A stretch of DNA of 64,000 bases from the human T2T-CHM13v2.0 reference genome, Homo sapiens (GCF_009914755.1 NC_060948.1), one strand, 5' to 3'; positions 38,651-54,849 are shown, counted from the first letter of the stretch. The notes: a model not told the origin generated them from the sequence alone. Made by a program: numbers and translations.

Positions 38651-39400
38651 TGAAACGGGAAAAAGTCCCTAATCCCCTCTCCCGCGGGGCGTGCAATGAG
38701 GACAGGTTGTGGGGATTTGATCCCAGGCAGTGTCTAGGGGTGAATGTTTACAGCTCCTGAATCCCCAGAGGGCATGTGTTACATGGTCCATTCGTAGGTG
38801 GCTTGTGTTAGTCAGCTCCATCAGACATCCTGACTTACTGCAAAGACAGAAGGCTATCTGAATCCCGGGGTTTATGGCCTTGGTGTACCTGAAGAATTGG
38901 CTCACACGTGGGCTTGGAGAATAAGTGCAAGGTTTCATTAAGTAGAGGTTGTCAGCAGATAGATGGGGACCCAGAAGGCAGATGGAGCGGGAAGGTAGTT
39001 TTCCCTTGGAATGGGACAGGTCAGCGCTCTCTTCCCACAGCTCCTCGAAACTCAGTGTTCTTCTGCGGTGGATGCCCTGCAGCCTCAGTCTCTGTGCTCT
39101 CCTTCCTCCGGTGTCTTCTCGAGGTCCAGTTGCTGTGTCTTTTTCTGCTAATGGTCCCTCTAGACGTCCAGCTGCTGTGTCACTGCCTGCTAGGATCTGG
39201 GGGTTTCTTATATCACAGGATGGAGGTGTGGCAGGATGGAGGTGTGGCAGGCCAGGGTGGTCTTGGGAAATGCAACATTTGGGCAAGAAAACAGAAGTGC
39301 CGTCCTCACCTAGGTCAGTGAGCACAGGCCTGAGGGTGGAGCCCTAGCCAAGGAACACGCCCTGCTCTACCCAGCACTTCCCTGTCCCCCTTCCACATCA
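38651..39400 (-). mobile_element. Solo ERV1 LTR (LTR9/HUERS-P3-like) with 4-bp TSD ATAT
   Basis: TG...CA termini (tgaaacggg...ttccacatca) with atat on both flanks. The minus strand begins tgatgtggaagggggacagggaagtgctgggtagagcagggcgtgttccttggctagggctccaccctc. Confidence 0.8.
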
Positions 39401-40574
39401 ATATATTTTATTTAAATCTCCAAAAATAGCACCCAAATCCTTTAGAGAAGACAATTGGAGAAAATGGCATTAGAAGAGCTAGTCTGGGATTATGGTCACT
39501 ACATGGAAAACGGAAACACACGGAGTGTTTCCCGCAGGCCATGGAATCACTGCTGAAACGTATCCCCTGCTGAGAAGGACAGGGAAACAAACTGGCTTCT
39601 CTCATGTTCTTGTTCTCTAATCTCTGCAGTGTCACCGCTTGACTGAACTGAAACAGGAAGTAATTTTTATGGGAGCCTAGGAACCATGCCTCACAGGGGC
39701 CAGGCCTCTCTATTACAGAACAGTGCCAGGAGAGGTGATTGACCTCTGTGGTATCTGTGGGCATATAAACCCAGGAGCACACACAAAGGAAGATCAGAGA
39801 AAAATATAATATCAAAGGGTCAAGAGAGGAGCAGTCTGAGGAATGATTCATGCATGATATTTGTGAAAAGACCAAAAAGTAAAACGGAGCTTATGAGGTA
39901 GTAAACTAAGAAGAACATAGAGAAAAACAGTCAAAATCGTAAAGTCAAGGGTATTTACCTTTCCTTTTAGGATTTTTAAAATCCCTTCCAGAACGCTTTT
40001 CCCAATATCCTTTATTCATTGATTCATTCAAGAAATATTTATGGTCTAAGAATTGGGCAGATGGCATCATATGCACTGTTAGTACTTCTATCATTGACAG
40101 AAAGAATGTTTCTTTTCTCCCACAATGTTTTTCTCCTAAACATTGTTCTTGCAAATTTGTATTCTTACAGATCCTGTTCTTTGTTCCTGCCGTAAGAAGC
40201 TTCCCCACACCTGTCTTAACCCAGTTAAGAACTTCTTTCCTCTCCAACTAAGTTATTAAGTTTTATATGTTGTAACACTTGTCACAGTACATTGCAATTA
40301 TTGTTCTTCTCTTCATTCTCCAATTAAGCTATGAATGTTTTGAAGGAAAAGGCTATAAAGACAATGACTTGACATTTGTCAGTAATTATTTCACAAACGA
40401 TTATTAGATATTTGTACATAATATTCTAACATATTTATCTTGATTTTTGGAAAACAATATAAACCATTTTCTCTGCCCATTCCCCATGAACTGCTCAATT
40501 TTAAACAATGTCTATGCTCTTGGAGCAATTATACAAACTTTCAAAAAACACCTGAAAGTGTTTTTGTTTTGTTT

Positions 40575-40823
40575 TGTTTTATTGTATTATTTTTTAGAGA
40601 CAAATTCTTGCCTGGTGAAGTGCAGTGTGCCTTGACTGCTCACTGCAACCTTGAACTTCTGAGTAACTAGAACAGATGCGTGTCATGATGCCCTATTTAA
40701 TTAATTAATTACTTTTGTAGAGTTAGGTCTTGCTAGGTTACCTGTGCAGGTCTCCAACTCAGCCTGAAGCAGTCCTCCCTTCTCAGCCTCTCAATTATTG
40801 GGATTCCAGGCATGAACCACTGG
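40575..40823 (-). mobile_element. Highly degenerate Alu
   Basis: T-rich tail, gtgcagtg...gctcactgcaaccttgaac, tttgtagagttaggtcttgct...gggattccaggcatgaaccac. Confidence 0.7.
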
Positions 40824-43794
40824 ACTTCAAAGAGGAAATTTTAGATTTTAGAATATTGCAATATGTTATACTTAATTTTTTTTTCAAGTTTGCTGTTGCA
40901 GTGGCACTTGAGAATAATTATTTCTTATGGTGAAAGTGTGATTTCTTGTATCTAGTCATCTACTTTTAAAATCTTTATTCTGTTTACTTAAACCCTAATA
41001 ACTGGTAGTCAGCTCAGCTGAAAACGGATTCCATGGGTGTTTTGTGTTGAGGTTATTAAGACAAGTGTAGAGAGATATTAAAGACAAAAGACATTTACTT
41101 TGTATATAAAACACTTATCTTTTTATTATGGCCATATATTTGAATAATTATAATAGGCATTTGATATGAGAAGGATTATGTATTGCTTAGTATATCTCAG
41201 GTGTTATCTAGGCAAATCTATATTTCTTGAGTCATATTATCCCATAGTAGAGTATTGTGAGCTAAGTACAGTTACCTTCCCACTTTACAGATACACTGAA
41301 AGTTATCTAAGCATTCACAGTTCATAGGAAGATTAAAACAAGCTGATAGAAATATCAGTTATACAATAGAGTAAGAACTCATTTTTTTCTTGCAAATAGT
41401 GAAACATTTGTTTGTTTTAAATAAAAGAGGTACTGGGGAGAATGAAAATGGTAATATTACACACCACTTAAGTTGCCTCCCTAGAGGCACAAACATACAC
41501 TTGAGCACATGATTGGGATGTCATGTTGCCAGTATTGTTTAGATTTCTCTGCTTTGAAACATTTATGCTAAGGCTTCATCCTTGCAGATAGGGCATCATA
41601 TATGGCATGGGTAGTTTTTAAAAATATCTTGAAATGCATACTTTAATAACTAATTTTCCAACTTTGTTTTAATCAGGGGTCGATGATATGTGGCACTCCT
41701 AGTAAGTAAATGAATGTTTGAAGTGCTGTGAGTTATTTTAGCAATTGCTCAGTTTACCATTTAAGTTATCAAAGATCTTTACTTGTGCAATATCATAAAA
41801 ATGTGGGACATTAAAAATTAATAACAGGATTTATGTAACTAAAAGCTGCCATCTAATATGATATTTTTCAGTAAGATGACAGCAGCAATTACGCTGAAAA
41901 ATAGTCATTCCCATAGTTTGAGCCATTATAGCAATTTCCACCTGGGGATTTCACAGTCAGATTCCAGTTCTGGACAACAGTGATTAACGTAACGGTTATT
42001 AATGAGAAGAGATTTTGAGATGTGTAGCCGTGTTTAGATGTCAGTGCCTTGAAGCAACGGATTTGGCATATTAGTAAGAAAGAGTGCTTTGGACTGGATA
42101 ATAAGAAACATATTGAATTGTCTTTCTTGTCCTCTATAGCATGAAAAGTCAGTCAGAGATATAGAAACAATGGAACATTTCACAGCATGGCCTACATTTC
42201 ACTTCACTTTTATCCTTTTAACCATGCACAAAGTTTATTAAATATGCAAAGTAGGAATGCTATAGGAAGAAAGAGTAGTCGTCAGAGGTCACAATCCACA
42301 GCAAGGTGACAGTGTCTTGTGGATCGCACCCTAAGTGCTAATTAGAGTGAGAATCTACTTTCAGGTTGCCAGCATGGAACAAGGAAAATGAAGCTATCAG
42401 CAGTTAACATTATTGTATTAATTGAAATGAATGCTGACAGAGATTTTGTTGGCTTTACAACAAATTGAATATGGATAATGTAACCGCTTATCAAATTTCA
42501 TGCATATAAAATTGTGGATTAATTAAAAAATTACACAACCCATATATTTTGGGTATCTCATATAAATTTCTATGTACATGTGCAAACTTGCAGTGTGCAA
42601 ATATGTGTCTACATCTAAACATGTACAACTGCATTGACCAACAGTTAGAAAGTTAGAAATTATTCTCCCATTTTACCATTTCCTTTCCTTGAAGTTTGTC
42701 ACAAATATAATTTTTCCATCTGTTCGAAGCCTACTCTCTGGAGGCGTGTAATGTATGGATACAGTAAAGCCATAAAATAACACAGGGTTTGTATTAGACA
42801 AAACAATAACACTCGTGTTATAAAAGACCCATTGTGAGAAGAAAGTTATACTTCACATTACTACAAATACAGAAGTATGCTTTCATCAAAAGCTGAAATC
42901 AGTCAATATAATTTGTTTTTAATGTTTTATTTAAAATAATTTTAAAAGGATTACTCAAGTAGAATAACAGTATTGGTAATAAATAATGTTGAAGAATTCC
43001 CTTTAATTTGTTGATTATTTAAACTATAAGTAAAACACTAAAAAGTACTATGTAATGTAGTTTAATGAAGACTCTTTATGGTTTTCATAAAATAAATAGT
43101 CTCAATGGAATATTTTAATACTGAGAAAATTTCATATATCATTGTATTGTACTTTCACTTTATTACTTGCTTGCATGTCATAACTGATGGAAATAAAAAT
43201 ATTTCTGTTTACACATATGCAAAAAGTGGATTTTTGTTTATGTTTTCTAGTGAGACAAAGTTACCAATAATTTCATCTGTATGGGAAAATTTTTACAAGC
43301 CCAAAGTTCTTAACTTTCTTTTCTTTTGACGTTTCATATTTCAGTCTAGGTATGACATGGAATTGACTGTGATCATTCTTTGATTTCACTGTCATTACTG
43401 AGTTTCTGATACAGTGTTAGGAATGTATAGACTTTAAACCTTGCTTTCTTCTTCTTCTTCGTCTCCCTTTGGACCTGTATATGTGATTTCTGCAGTAATG
43501 TGCATCGTTATCTGACATACAGTTGCTGAAAGATACAAGCATAAATATAATTCTTAGTGTCAGTGAATCTTTAGGAACAGACAAGTAAAACTGAAAGATA
43601 ATTATGGTATGAATGTTAGTAAACTGTTTATCACAGAGGTACAATAAGGGTGAAAATAAATTTAAAAATACATGCCTCATACAACATATTGAGGTAGTAA
43701 AAATGAAAAACTTAATTTGACATAAAGAACAGTTTAAAAGTTATGATTATTTCTGGTGACAACAAGTAGCTCAGAAACCATGAGGAACTCCTGC

Positions 43795-45195
43795 AAAGCT
43801 ACAAGATGGATTTGCAGGTCAGGATGTGGGCCATGGGGGAGGGTTCCAAGGTCCTGGTCAGGTTGAGGTCCTCCTGGAGCATGGGGGTGTCTCAGTGGGA
43901 GAGCTGGGAAGGGGAAACACATGCTTCACCCCAGCTAGCAGGCCACCTCAGCCCACCTAGATGAAACTGTCCCTTGACTATCCTCTTTCTCCTTCTTGGA
44001 CAGGCAGGTGGAGGAACTCAGCCATCCTGAGTACTGGTGGAAGGATGAAGTTTGCCTTTCATCGCAACATTTACTTCTGCAACGAAGTGATCATTAAGGA
44101 GTACTGCATTGGAATTCTCAATAAGGAGTGCCTCCCCGCATGGTAGAGGGGGTGGTATGTGGGAAGCTAGGTTTGGCATGAGCCTTCCCAACTCCTCTCG
44201 CTCCAGGATAGAGGGTGACTGGCTCCACTGTGTCCAGTGGTTCTAGGGTTATGCAAGTGAAGGCCCCAGTTTCAGGCAGGACACACCTAACTGAGTTTCT
44301 TCAGCTGGTTGGCTGATGGTGACTGCCCAGGGTATGAAGGGTTGCTGAGGTGGGGTGGCGGTGGGGCATCATGGGAAAGGACCTTGCTGGTCATTGCTTG
44401 GTGTCGGAGGAATTGGCTTTGAACCAGAACCTGACCTGTCACGACCACTTTGCCCAGTCCCCCAGATCATCAGCCAGGGCCCGTGGCTCAATCTCATGCA
44501 GCACTACCCAAGGGAGTTAGGCCCTCAGAGAGGGAACAGAGAGGAGGCTGGGGAGCAGCCCAGGGCTGGGGGATGAGAGGCCTGTGGGTCCTGGAGCTAG
44601 GACACATAGTGAAGCCAAGGCTCAGGGAGGAGACTGCGGTAAGCATACTCAGACCATGCATGGGCTGGGGGAGAAAGGCCCATCAGGGAACTGTAGTACC
44701 CACATTTCAGGATTGGGGAACCCTAAGCCACTCAAGAGGCATAAGTAACTAAGGTCAGTGGGTGAGAAGCCAGGCTCAAGGGATAGCTGCCTCATCATCC
44801 CTTGCTAGCTTCCTTCCCTGCCCTGAGGCCTGCTACCACCTGAGGCTCAGTTTGGACTCAACCAGGGTGCTCTCACCCCCCACACAGGTGCCCACCTGAG
44901 GCCCATCTAGGTCTATATCCTCCCAGAATGGCTCTCCCAGGCCTGTCAAGTTCCATTTTGATGACCCCAGCCTCCCCAGACATGCTTTCTCCCTTCTGCC
45001 ATCCTCATTCACCCAGCCCCTGCCCACCCCCAGAAAAGACAGGCCACCACACAGGGAATCTGGAGGACCACACGGGGCTCACAGGGCAGAAAATGTGAAG
45101 AGATGGCAAAATGGAAGGGGACCTTCTGTGTGTGTCCAGGCAGGCAATCTGGCTGGATATTAAGGCCCACCTCACTATTGGTGATGACACCCAGC
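43795..45195 (+). pseudogene. TSPY: 5'-truncated TSPY-family pseudogene (end of exon 2 through terminal exon)
   Basis: Colinear with 25880-27345. Exon 3 at 44008-44120 (MKFAFHRNIYFCNEVIIKEYCIGIL), exon 4 at 44207-44349 and exon 5 at 44466-44551 (IISQGPWLNLMQHYP). Frameshifts and dead donors are present. Confidence 0.92.
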
Positions 45196-45239
45196 GTTTC
45201 TTGGCCCTGAACATGTGCACACAAACACACACATTGTCC

Positions 45240-47200
<1,961 letters not shown>

Positions 47201-50200
47201 TTACTTTCCACTATTTAAACTAGGAACATTTAATTTCATTATGCTATGCACTTGAGAAACTCCGCTGGTACACTTTTGATTTAGGTTAAAAAAGAAAGTT
47301 TTCATTACCGTTATCCCCCTTCAGTCACAGAATGCTTCAAGTAGAATGTTCCGGATGTCTTAAACTTTAGTATCAACCACATGTAATTACATCCTTTCAC
47401 CTGTACTATTCCTCTAAAAAATAAACGTTTTATGGTGATGCAGATAATTTTGTAGTCCTTCTAAAGACTTCTGAAACATTATAAGCTTGTAAATTTTTAA
47501 AGAGAAAGAGCCTAATTAGAAAACTTGTGCAGCTTGCAAGGGAGATGTAATATGTGCCTAATTTTGTTTCTATTTGTGTTCAAAGAAACAAAGAAAAATG
47601 TTCAACAAACAACACAATTTACTCTCCTATTGTATTTGCTTTTAAGCATGTATAGCTGAGCAATAACATCAGGCATTTTGCATTACATGTAACAATGTAT
47701 TCTGAAAATTTTAATATAGATATTACATCTAAACAGATAGTTTTCAAATAGCATTAACAAGTACGAAATTACTTGAAAAACATTCCTTTTCCTTTGAATT
47801 CCTCAAAAACTTCATGGAGGAAGTTATTATCTACTTCTCTCCACAAAACCAACATGTTTCTTTCAGTAATACACAGGTAACAATGCAGAAATAACATTTC
47901 AATTTTCAATTTGCAAACAAGGTTTGGTATGCAATAACCATTATTTTGGATACTTGCTTTAGTATCTGCTTCAGTCTCCTTTTTCAGGTCGACTTTCCCC
48001 ACTATCTCCTATAGATGCCACTTAACTTGACCTACCATATGCTACATGAGGAGCAGGGTGCACCCTATCCAGAGAAGGTGTATTCCTTCAGTCTTTTCTG
48101 CCAAAGTGCTCATGACCACAGGAATAAAAATCACTGCAACTCCTTGAGTAACTCTCCCGACTTCTGCCATATCTATCTCGAGTATTGTTATAATCATGAT
48201 GGCTGCTTCCACCATAAGACATCCCAGGTCCTTGTGCAGGTGCTGCACCATGAGAGGTCCCAGCAGAGTTGATAAAATAATATGTTGGGCTACATTTAAA
48301 CATTTTTACTGCTATCACTAAAGCATGAACTAATTAAAGTACTATTTGGAAATATCTGCTTTCCTCTGCCTTTGTTGACAGGATAATAATTAAGCCTGCA
48401 ATAGTAGGTTTTATTTAAAATAAGTGTAAGAGTAGTATTTTGAAGCTTGACAAGTTTAATTCTAAGGTAAATGTTGAGTCACATTTTCTGAACATGAACT
48501 GAAGTTCTCACTTTCATATCATTCCCTATATTTTATACTGTTAAGAATACTCATTATTGAAGCATGTTATATTTGTTCTTTATAATTTTCCTTAGAATTT
48601 CATGTAAATAATGATCTGATCTATTAAATGTAATTCTATAATTTACAAATCCATCCTGGACCATTACCATATCTCTGAAATGCATCTCTGTAAGAACTTC
48701 CACTTGCACATTGAGAAAGATCTCTACCACAGGCCTCAGAGTAGCCACCATGATCACTAAATTGAAAAAAAAAAATAAAAAAGGGTTCTTAATGGCAGAA
48801 TGAACAATTTAAGAAATCAATTTAATAAATCCAGATAACATTATAGTACTTATATCCTCTAGAGGAATGTTCATCCTGACTAGAATGACCATAATCACAG
48901 TATGCATAGCCTCTAGGTGGTGGAGCATAATCCCTAGTTTCTCGGGAACTTGGATGATGTCTGTGTGCATAAGTTTAAGCAACACATTTTAAATTTTCAA
49001 ATTCTAGTATCCAAAAATATATCTAAATAACAACTTAAACACAATTAAATTGCCAAACATCTAAATAGCTATTTCTCCAATAAAATAGGCAAATGCCCAG
49101 AAAGCACATGGAACAGATACTCATAATCAGTGATTCAGAAAATGCATTTCAAATCCACAATGAGATACCATACTTCACACACACACACACACACACACTG
49201 GAATGGCAATAAAAGCAGGAAATACCAAGTGTTTGAGGGGATGTAGATAAACTGGAACCCTGATACAATACTTGTTGGAATGGAAAATGATGCAACTTCT
49301 ATGGAGAAATGTGGTGGTTCCTCAAGAAAACAAACATAATTATCATAGAACCAAGCAATTCCACTTATATACATACCCAGAATCGAATAAGTATACTCAA
49401 ACAAATATTGGTGCATAGAAACACTGTGGTGGAAACAACCCAAATAAAATAATGGGTTAACAGTTTGTGGAAGGAGTGAAGTGCTGCAATGTAAATGAAC
49501 CTTTGAAACATCATGCAAAGGGAAAAGAGACAGATGCAAAAAGTCATGTAGTGTTTGAGCCCATTAACGTTAAGTACCCACAACAGATAAATTCAGAGGT
49601 GGAACACTGACTGGTGTTTGCTAGCAGCTGAGGGAAGGGAGAAAATGGAAGGAACTGCTTAACTGGTAGTTGGAGTTTTAGCTTGGAATCATGAAAATGT
49701 TTTGGAACTCGATGGAGGTAGTTGTTGCATGACACAGAATGTATTAAACACCACTTAACTCTTTACCTTATAATATGTAATTTTGTTATGTGAATTTCAT
49801 CACCACAACAAAAAAAATCAACTATTTTATTTCATTTTTCCTTTAACTCTCCTTAATTGCATAACCATCATCTCTTGGTGACATATGGTCATTTATCCAG
49901 GAAGAGATTGTCACTCTGCATGGAGGACCTCCATAATTCTCTCTTCCACATGATATGGGATATTTAACACTCATGTAATGGAACATTATGTAAAGAACAC
50001 CAAATCTGAAACACTATTTTATCTTCTCTCAAACAACTTTTTAAAATTATTTCTTCTATGACTCCATTCTTTGTTTCCTAAATTACTAGCCAGTCATGAC
50101 ACTGTGAATATTTCTTATGGCTTTGGATAACCCCATGGCTCCCGCAAGGCCAGTTCTTCTAATGAAGCTGAAGGCTAACACTAATTCTCAGGTAAAGTTC

Positions 50201-51265
50201 ATTTGTAATGTTAATAACAACTTAGTTATTATTTTCCTCTTCATATGAATGACTGATGACTGCTAATGACAGAGGGAAAACATGTAAAACCATCAAACTT
50301 TTCACTGATTTTAAAGTTTACATAAATTGTCCTTTCTCAGCTGAAGAAGGTAAATTTTCCCATGTTGTTAAATTCATCTCACACACACAAATACTGCTAC
50401 CTTTGAATGACTACATGCTAAATTTTTACATAAAAGTTCTCCTTTATCTCTAAGTGGCTGGCTCTACCTTAAATGTTGACAAATTAAAATGTATTAGTGA
50501 AGATTTTCTAATGATGGCCAACATTTACTTTTATTTCAATAACCAGTAATGTTAAAGGGGTCATTACAACATTGTTGCTATTTCGAAATAGAGAAGGTTC
50601 TTCTTTAATATCCTCTTCACTAGCTATTCCTTAAATGTCAGCCTTTCACCTATGATATGTTCACTAGCGAATTTTCCAATGAAATATGTTGGCTTTTGTG
50701 TCCTGAAGTCAATAAATACCTAACTTCACTGACAGTCTACATAAGAAATGTAAAATTGAAAATGTCAGTTTTTAATTTCCTCCATATTAGGATGGAGGAA
50801 TAAGTAAGAATTTTAATTTGTTCTGCTTAAACTTCTTTGCTAAGAATTTTATTTATTATCTTGCTTTCTTCTGTTTAGTCTGCAATCTTAAAATTATCCT
50901 TCTGAAAAATACTGCTTCTATTAAATCCTACTGCTCACCTCGTGTTGCTTAGTTCTAAGTACTCTCCTCAAATAATTTCAAATTTTACACTTAGGATCTT
51001 GTGTTAATGTTTAAACATCCCGGTACAATCTTAATTATTGATTTACATCCCCTTATATTTCACAACACTGTCCTTCTGTGATACTCACTTAAGAATATTG
51101 AACTCCTTCATGTCTACCTTTCAAGCCTTAAAATTATTTTTAAATTATATTTAAGCCCAGTGACTCCTTTTCTGCTAAATGCTCTTGTAGTTCTTTTGAA
51201 TCTTCATATAAGTAGTAAGAATGCCTTGCAAATAAGCTTATTGAGGTCTCAGAAGCTGGATGGCC

Positions 51266-51550
51266 CAGGTCAGTGGCTGACACTGTGAGCCAGTGTAGAA
51301 GGCTGAGGCAGCTGGACTGCTCAAGCCCCAGGCTTTAATGTCAGTTTTGAAAATGTAGTGAGATCCCCTCTCCACAAAAAAATAGGAAAAAAATTTAGCT
51401 AGGTGTAGTGGTGCATGCCTGTAGTTGCAGCATCTCAGGAGGCTGAAACAGGATAATTGTTTGAGCCCAGGATTTTGAGGCTGTAGTAAGCCATCATCTC
51501 ACCAAAGCACTCTGACCTGGTAAGAACAAGACTCCAACCCAACAAAGAAA
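51266..51550 (+). mobile_element. Degenerate Alu (AluJ-like)
   Basis: ggctgaggcagctggactgctcaagccccagg...aggtgtagtggtgcatgcctgtagt...tgagcccaggattttgaggctgtagtaagcc. Confidence 0.8.
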
Positions 51551-52125
51551 CTGAACAAGCAATTTTCAGATTGGAACACCAGGGGACCATTACCACGGGA
51601 CCTAGGAAATGGAAGAATTCTTTAGATGAAGAAGCCTAGCATCTCTTAAAGAATACTGCTAGGAGCTTTTAGAAAAATAAAGGGGAATCCTCTAGCAACA
51701 CAGGATTAAAAGAAACGTTGGCCTCACTCTAATCAATTCTTTGATCTGCAATGAGAAGCTAGAGTATTTCTTCACCATAAACCTGAAATGTACCTAGTGA
51801 GAGAGAAACTATACTCAAAGTGATCGATCACCAATTAAGCCAATGTGTATGTCACTTCTATTTTGTTTGATAAACTTAAAGTTAAGCATCCAGGTAAAAT
51901 AGCTCATTTTTAGTCCTACAAAAACTATGGTCTTTCTATCAGGTAGCATTTACCTTGGCCTCCCATCCAACTATTGCTTCTTACCATAGCAGAAAGAGCA
52001 GATTTTTTCAGAGGAGGGACTCGACTTCTTGAAGAGGGACCTCTTTTAACTGGAATGGGTCCCCTAGAAGAACTCATGTTGAGATCAGGAGTGTATCCAC
52101 CATCATCTGTATTTCAAACAAACTC

Positions 52126-52437
52126 TTTTTTTTCTTTTTCTTTTTTTTTGAGGTGGGGTCTTGCTCTTTCACCCAGGCTGGGGTGCAGTGGCACGATCTT
52201 GGCTCACTGCAAGCTCAGCCTCCCGGTTCACGCCATTCTCCTGCCTCTGCCTCCTGAGTGGCTGGGACTACAGGTGCCTGCCACCACACTCGGCTATTTT
52301 TGTGTGTGTGTGTGTTTTTAGTACAGACAGGGTTTCACTGTGTTAGCCAGGATGGTCTTGATCTCCTGACCTCGTGATCTGCCCGCCTCGGCCTCCCAAA
52401 GTGCTGGGATTACAGGCGTGAGCCACTGCGCCCGGCC
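52126..52437 (-). mobile_element. AluY with 12-bp TSD TCAAACAAACTC
   Basis: AluY diagnostics (cactgcaagctc, ttcacgccattctcc, gttagccaggatggtc). TSD at 52114-52125 and 52438-52449. Confidence 0.96.
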
Positions 52438-53285
52438 TCAAACAAACTCCTTAGTTAACTAACATCACTGTTTCTTAAATGGCTAAGTTTTAGTTTTTTA
52501 TAAAGATTTTCTACATATTATAATCTTACAAATTCACATTTGTCTAAACTAATAAAATTAACATTTTTATATGAAATTAGTACAACTCAAGCAATAAAAC
52601 TCCATTTAGAAAATCTAGAAAGAAACTCAAGAATCATAATATTTTCTATGAGAGAGATGTGGGAAAAGTAGGGAGTGAACAGGGAGCAGATATTGATCAG
52701 TAAAATATCTAAGTATAATATACATAAAAATATTAAAAGAAAAATGATAAATGACTGTTTATATCATTCTGTTATGAGGAAAAATTTTCAAAGCATATCA
52801 TAAAGATAAACTAAATTCTATTCAAAGAAACTCAAATATTTACAATATCAAAAAATGCCACTTCAGGAAAATACCTTACCTCTAAAATTTGTTAACAGAA
52901 TATAGAATTCTTACAATTCCCTTATAAAACACTAATTTTCAGATTAGACTGTTAAATTTTAATAATCTTTAAGAATTGCATATTAAATAATATAAAAATA
53001 TTTTTCATATATCTACAAAAAATATAGACATATGCCAATTGCCAGGTGGCATTACAGGTTAGAATACACACATTCTCTTACATGACAGAATATTATTGAA
53101 CCTCACCCTCAAGATCAATGGAGACAAAATAATCATGAAGCTATGCATCTTAAAATGGAGCAAACACTGCAATTTCAGCTTCAAAAGAACATCTCCAATT
53201 AATTACACATCTGGTTATTAAAACCCAAAAATAAATGATAGATTTTTGAAGGTTGGTTAATAGACAATACAAGTTAACTGATATA

Positions 53286-53580
53286 TTTATTTATTTATTT
53301 ATTTGTTATTGAGATGGACTCTTGCCCTATTACCCCAGGCTACAGTGCAATCGTGTGATCTCACCTCACTGCAGCTTCCACCTCCCAGATTCCAGTGATT
53401 CTCCTGCCTCAGCCAAGTAGCTGGGATTACAGGTGCAAGCAACCATGCCAGGCTAATTTTTTATACCTTTAGGAGAGACAGGGTTTCGCCATGTTTGTGT
53501 GGAACTCCTGACCTTGTGGTCCCCCCATCCCATACTTCCCAAGTTCTGAGACGACAGGCATGAGCCATCTCACCCAGCCC
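53286..53580 (-). mobile_element. Alu
   Basis: (TTTA)n tail, gagatggactcttgcc...gattctcctgcctcagcc...gacaggcatgagccatctcacccagcc. Confidence 0.88.
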
Positions 53581-54849
53581 ATCCAATCATTTTGTTTTGT
53601 TTTGTTTTGTTTTCAAATATATGGTTAGTTTTTCTTTTTTACGTAAAAATCGACCCCTCATTTCTATGGTGTAAATCACTCATAAATATCATTTTCAGTG
53701 ACTCATCCTTCAGCAAAGACAGATACATATATATCTGTGAAGCCGTGGTTATTAGACCTTTCCAGAGTCACTGACTGTTTTCAGAAATTAAAGTTCTACA
53801 TTTCTTAAATTGAAAATGCTTTATGGCAGACCAATGTACAAACTCTCTATCAAAATTACAAAGCAATAGATTTGCATAGATGTTAGCACATGTATACACA
53901 AAAAAACAAATATTGCAAAATCAATCTTAAGTACTGAGTTACTTTTTTCCTGTTGGAAAATTTTAAATATTCCATCCTATTTTGATGTTACAACTGATAG
54001 GAAGTTCTGGGCCCCAAAGTTGAAAACTCTAAAGTATAATGAATATAAATGAGTTCTGCAGAAACTTGTTGAGTGCAGGCAATCAGCATTCATAAACTCA
54101 ATTCAGTTTGAAATTTTTGTTATTTCAATGCAAAGTTATTACAATTTTAAAATGAATTTTAGATATTAGTTCAATCATTCTGATAATACACCTTTAGTAC
54201 TTAGAAATAATTTTATCTGTAAGTTAATTTTCTGTTCATAAAGGAAATAGATAAAATTGAGAAAATTTGATATCATCAAACTTATTTTCTTTCAGTCCTG
54301 TGGTTCCATTTTTATATTTTAAAACATTACCGAAGTGTCCTTCATATGAGAGAAGCCACCCTCTTGTTCCTCCACTACTTCGTCTTCCAGATCTCAGACT
54401 TCCTGCAGGTGTCCTGTTTTTTGAAGAAGGTGGTGGTCTCCGCCTACCACAACTTTGAAAAGATGGTTTCCTGGCTTGTTCTAGTTTTATTGCTTTTCCA
54501 TGCAAAGACTAAAAGTATTAAAGGTACTATCAATAACACTGGCACATTTAACCTAAGCACATTTTACAAACATTTTTTACATCAACTATAGTTCATAGTT
54601 AATTAGGTGATGCAAAGATGTTGGAAAAAGTGTTTTTGGAGTCACATGCCTTTAAAATGCTTTACTTGAGCAAAGACTAAACCCCTGGGGAAGTAATCTA
54701 GGCAGACATTTGGAGGAAGAGAATTCCAGGCAGACAAAATAACCATTGAAATAATTCGGAGACTAGAATTAAGCAAGTAGTCATACTCGCAACATATGGC
54801 AAGATGAACAAAGGAAAACACTTAAGTGAGATCAAAGACAAATCCTTTT

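Larger units (their letters stand above)
47690..54600 (-). pseudogene. RBMY: RBMY-family pseudogene copy B (5'-truncated; exons 4 to end; single SRGY box, RBMY2-type)
   Basis: Exon 4 at 54508-54331 ([29 protein letters not shown]...[10 protein letters not shown]). Exon 5 at 52106-51954 ([28 protein letters not shown]...NSWMGGQ). Exon 6 at ~49961-49847 (splice sites decayed). SRGY exon at 48960-48850. Penultimate exon at 48756-48668. Last exon at 48260-47959 (acceptor AG>TG). 47203-51046 is paralogous to 11495-15800. Confidence 0.96.

Noticed and set aside
38669-39347. 218-aa and overlapping ORFs
   Set aside because: They lie wholly within a GC-rich solo LTR and are chance ORFs.
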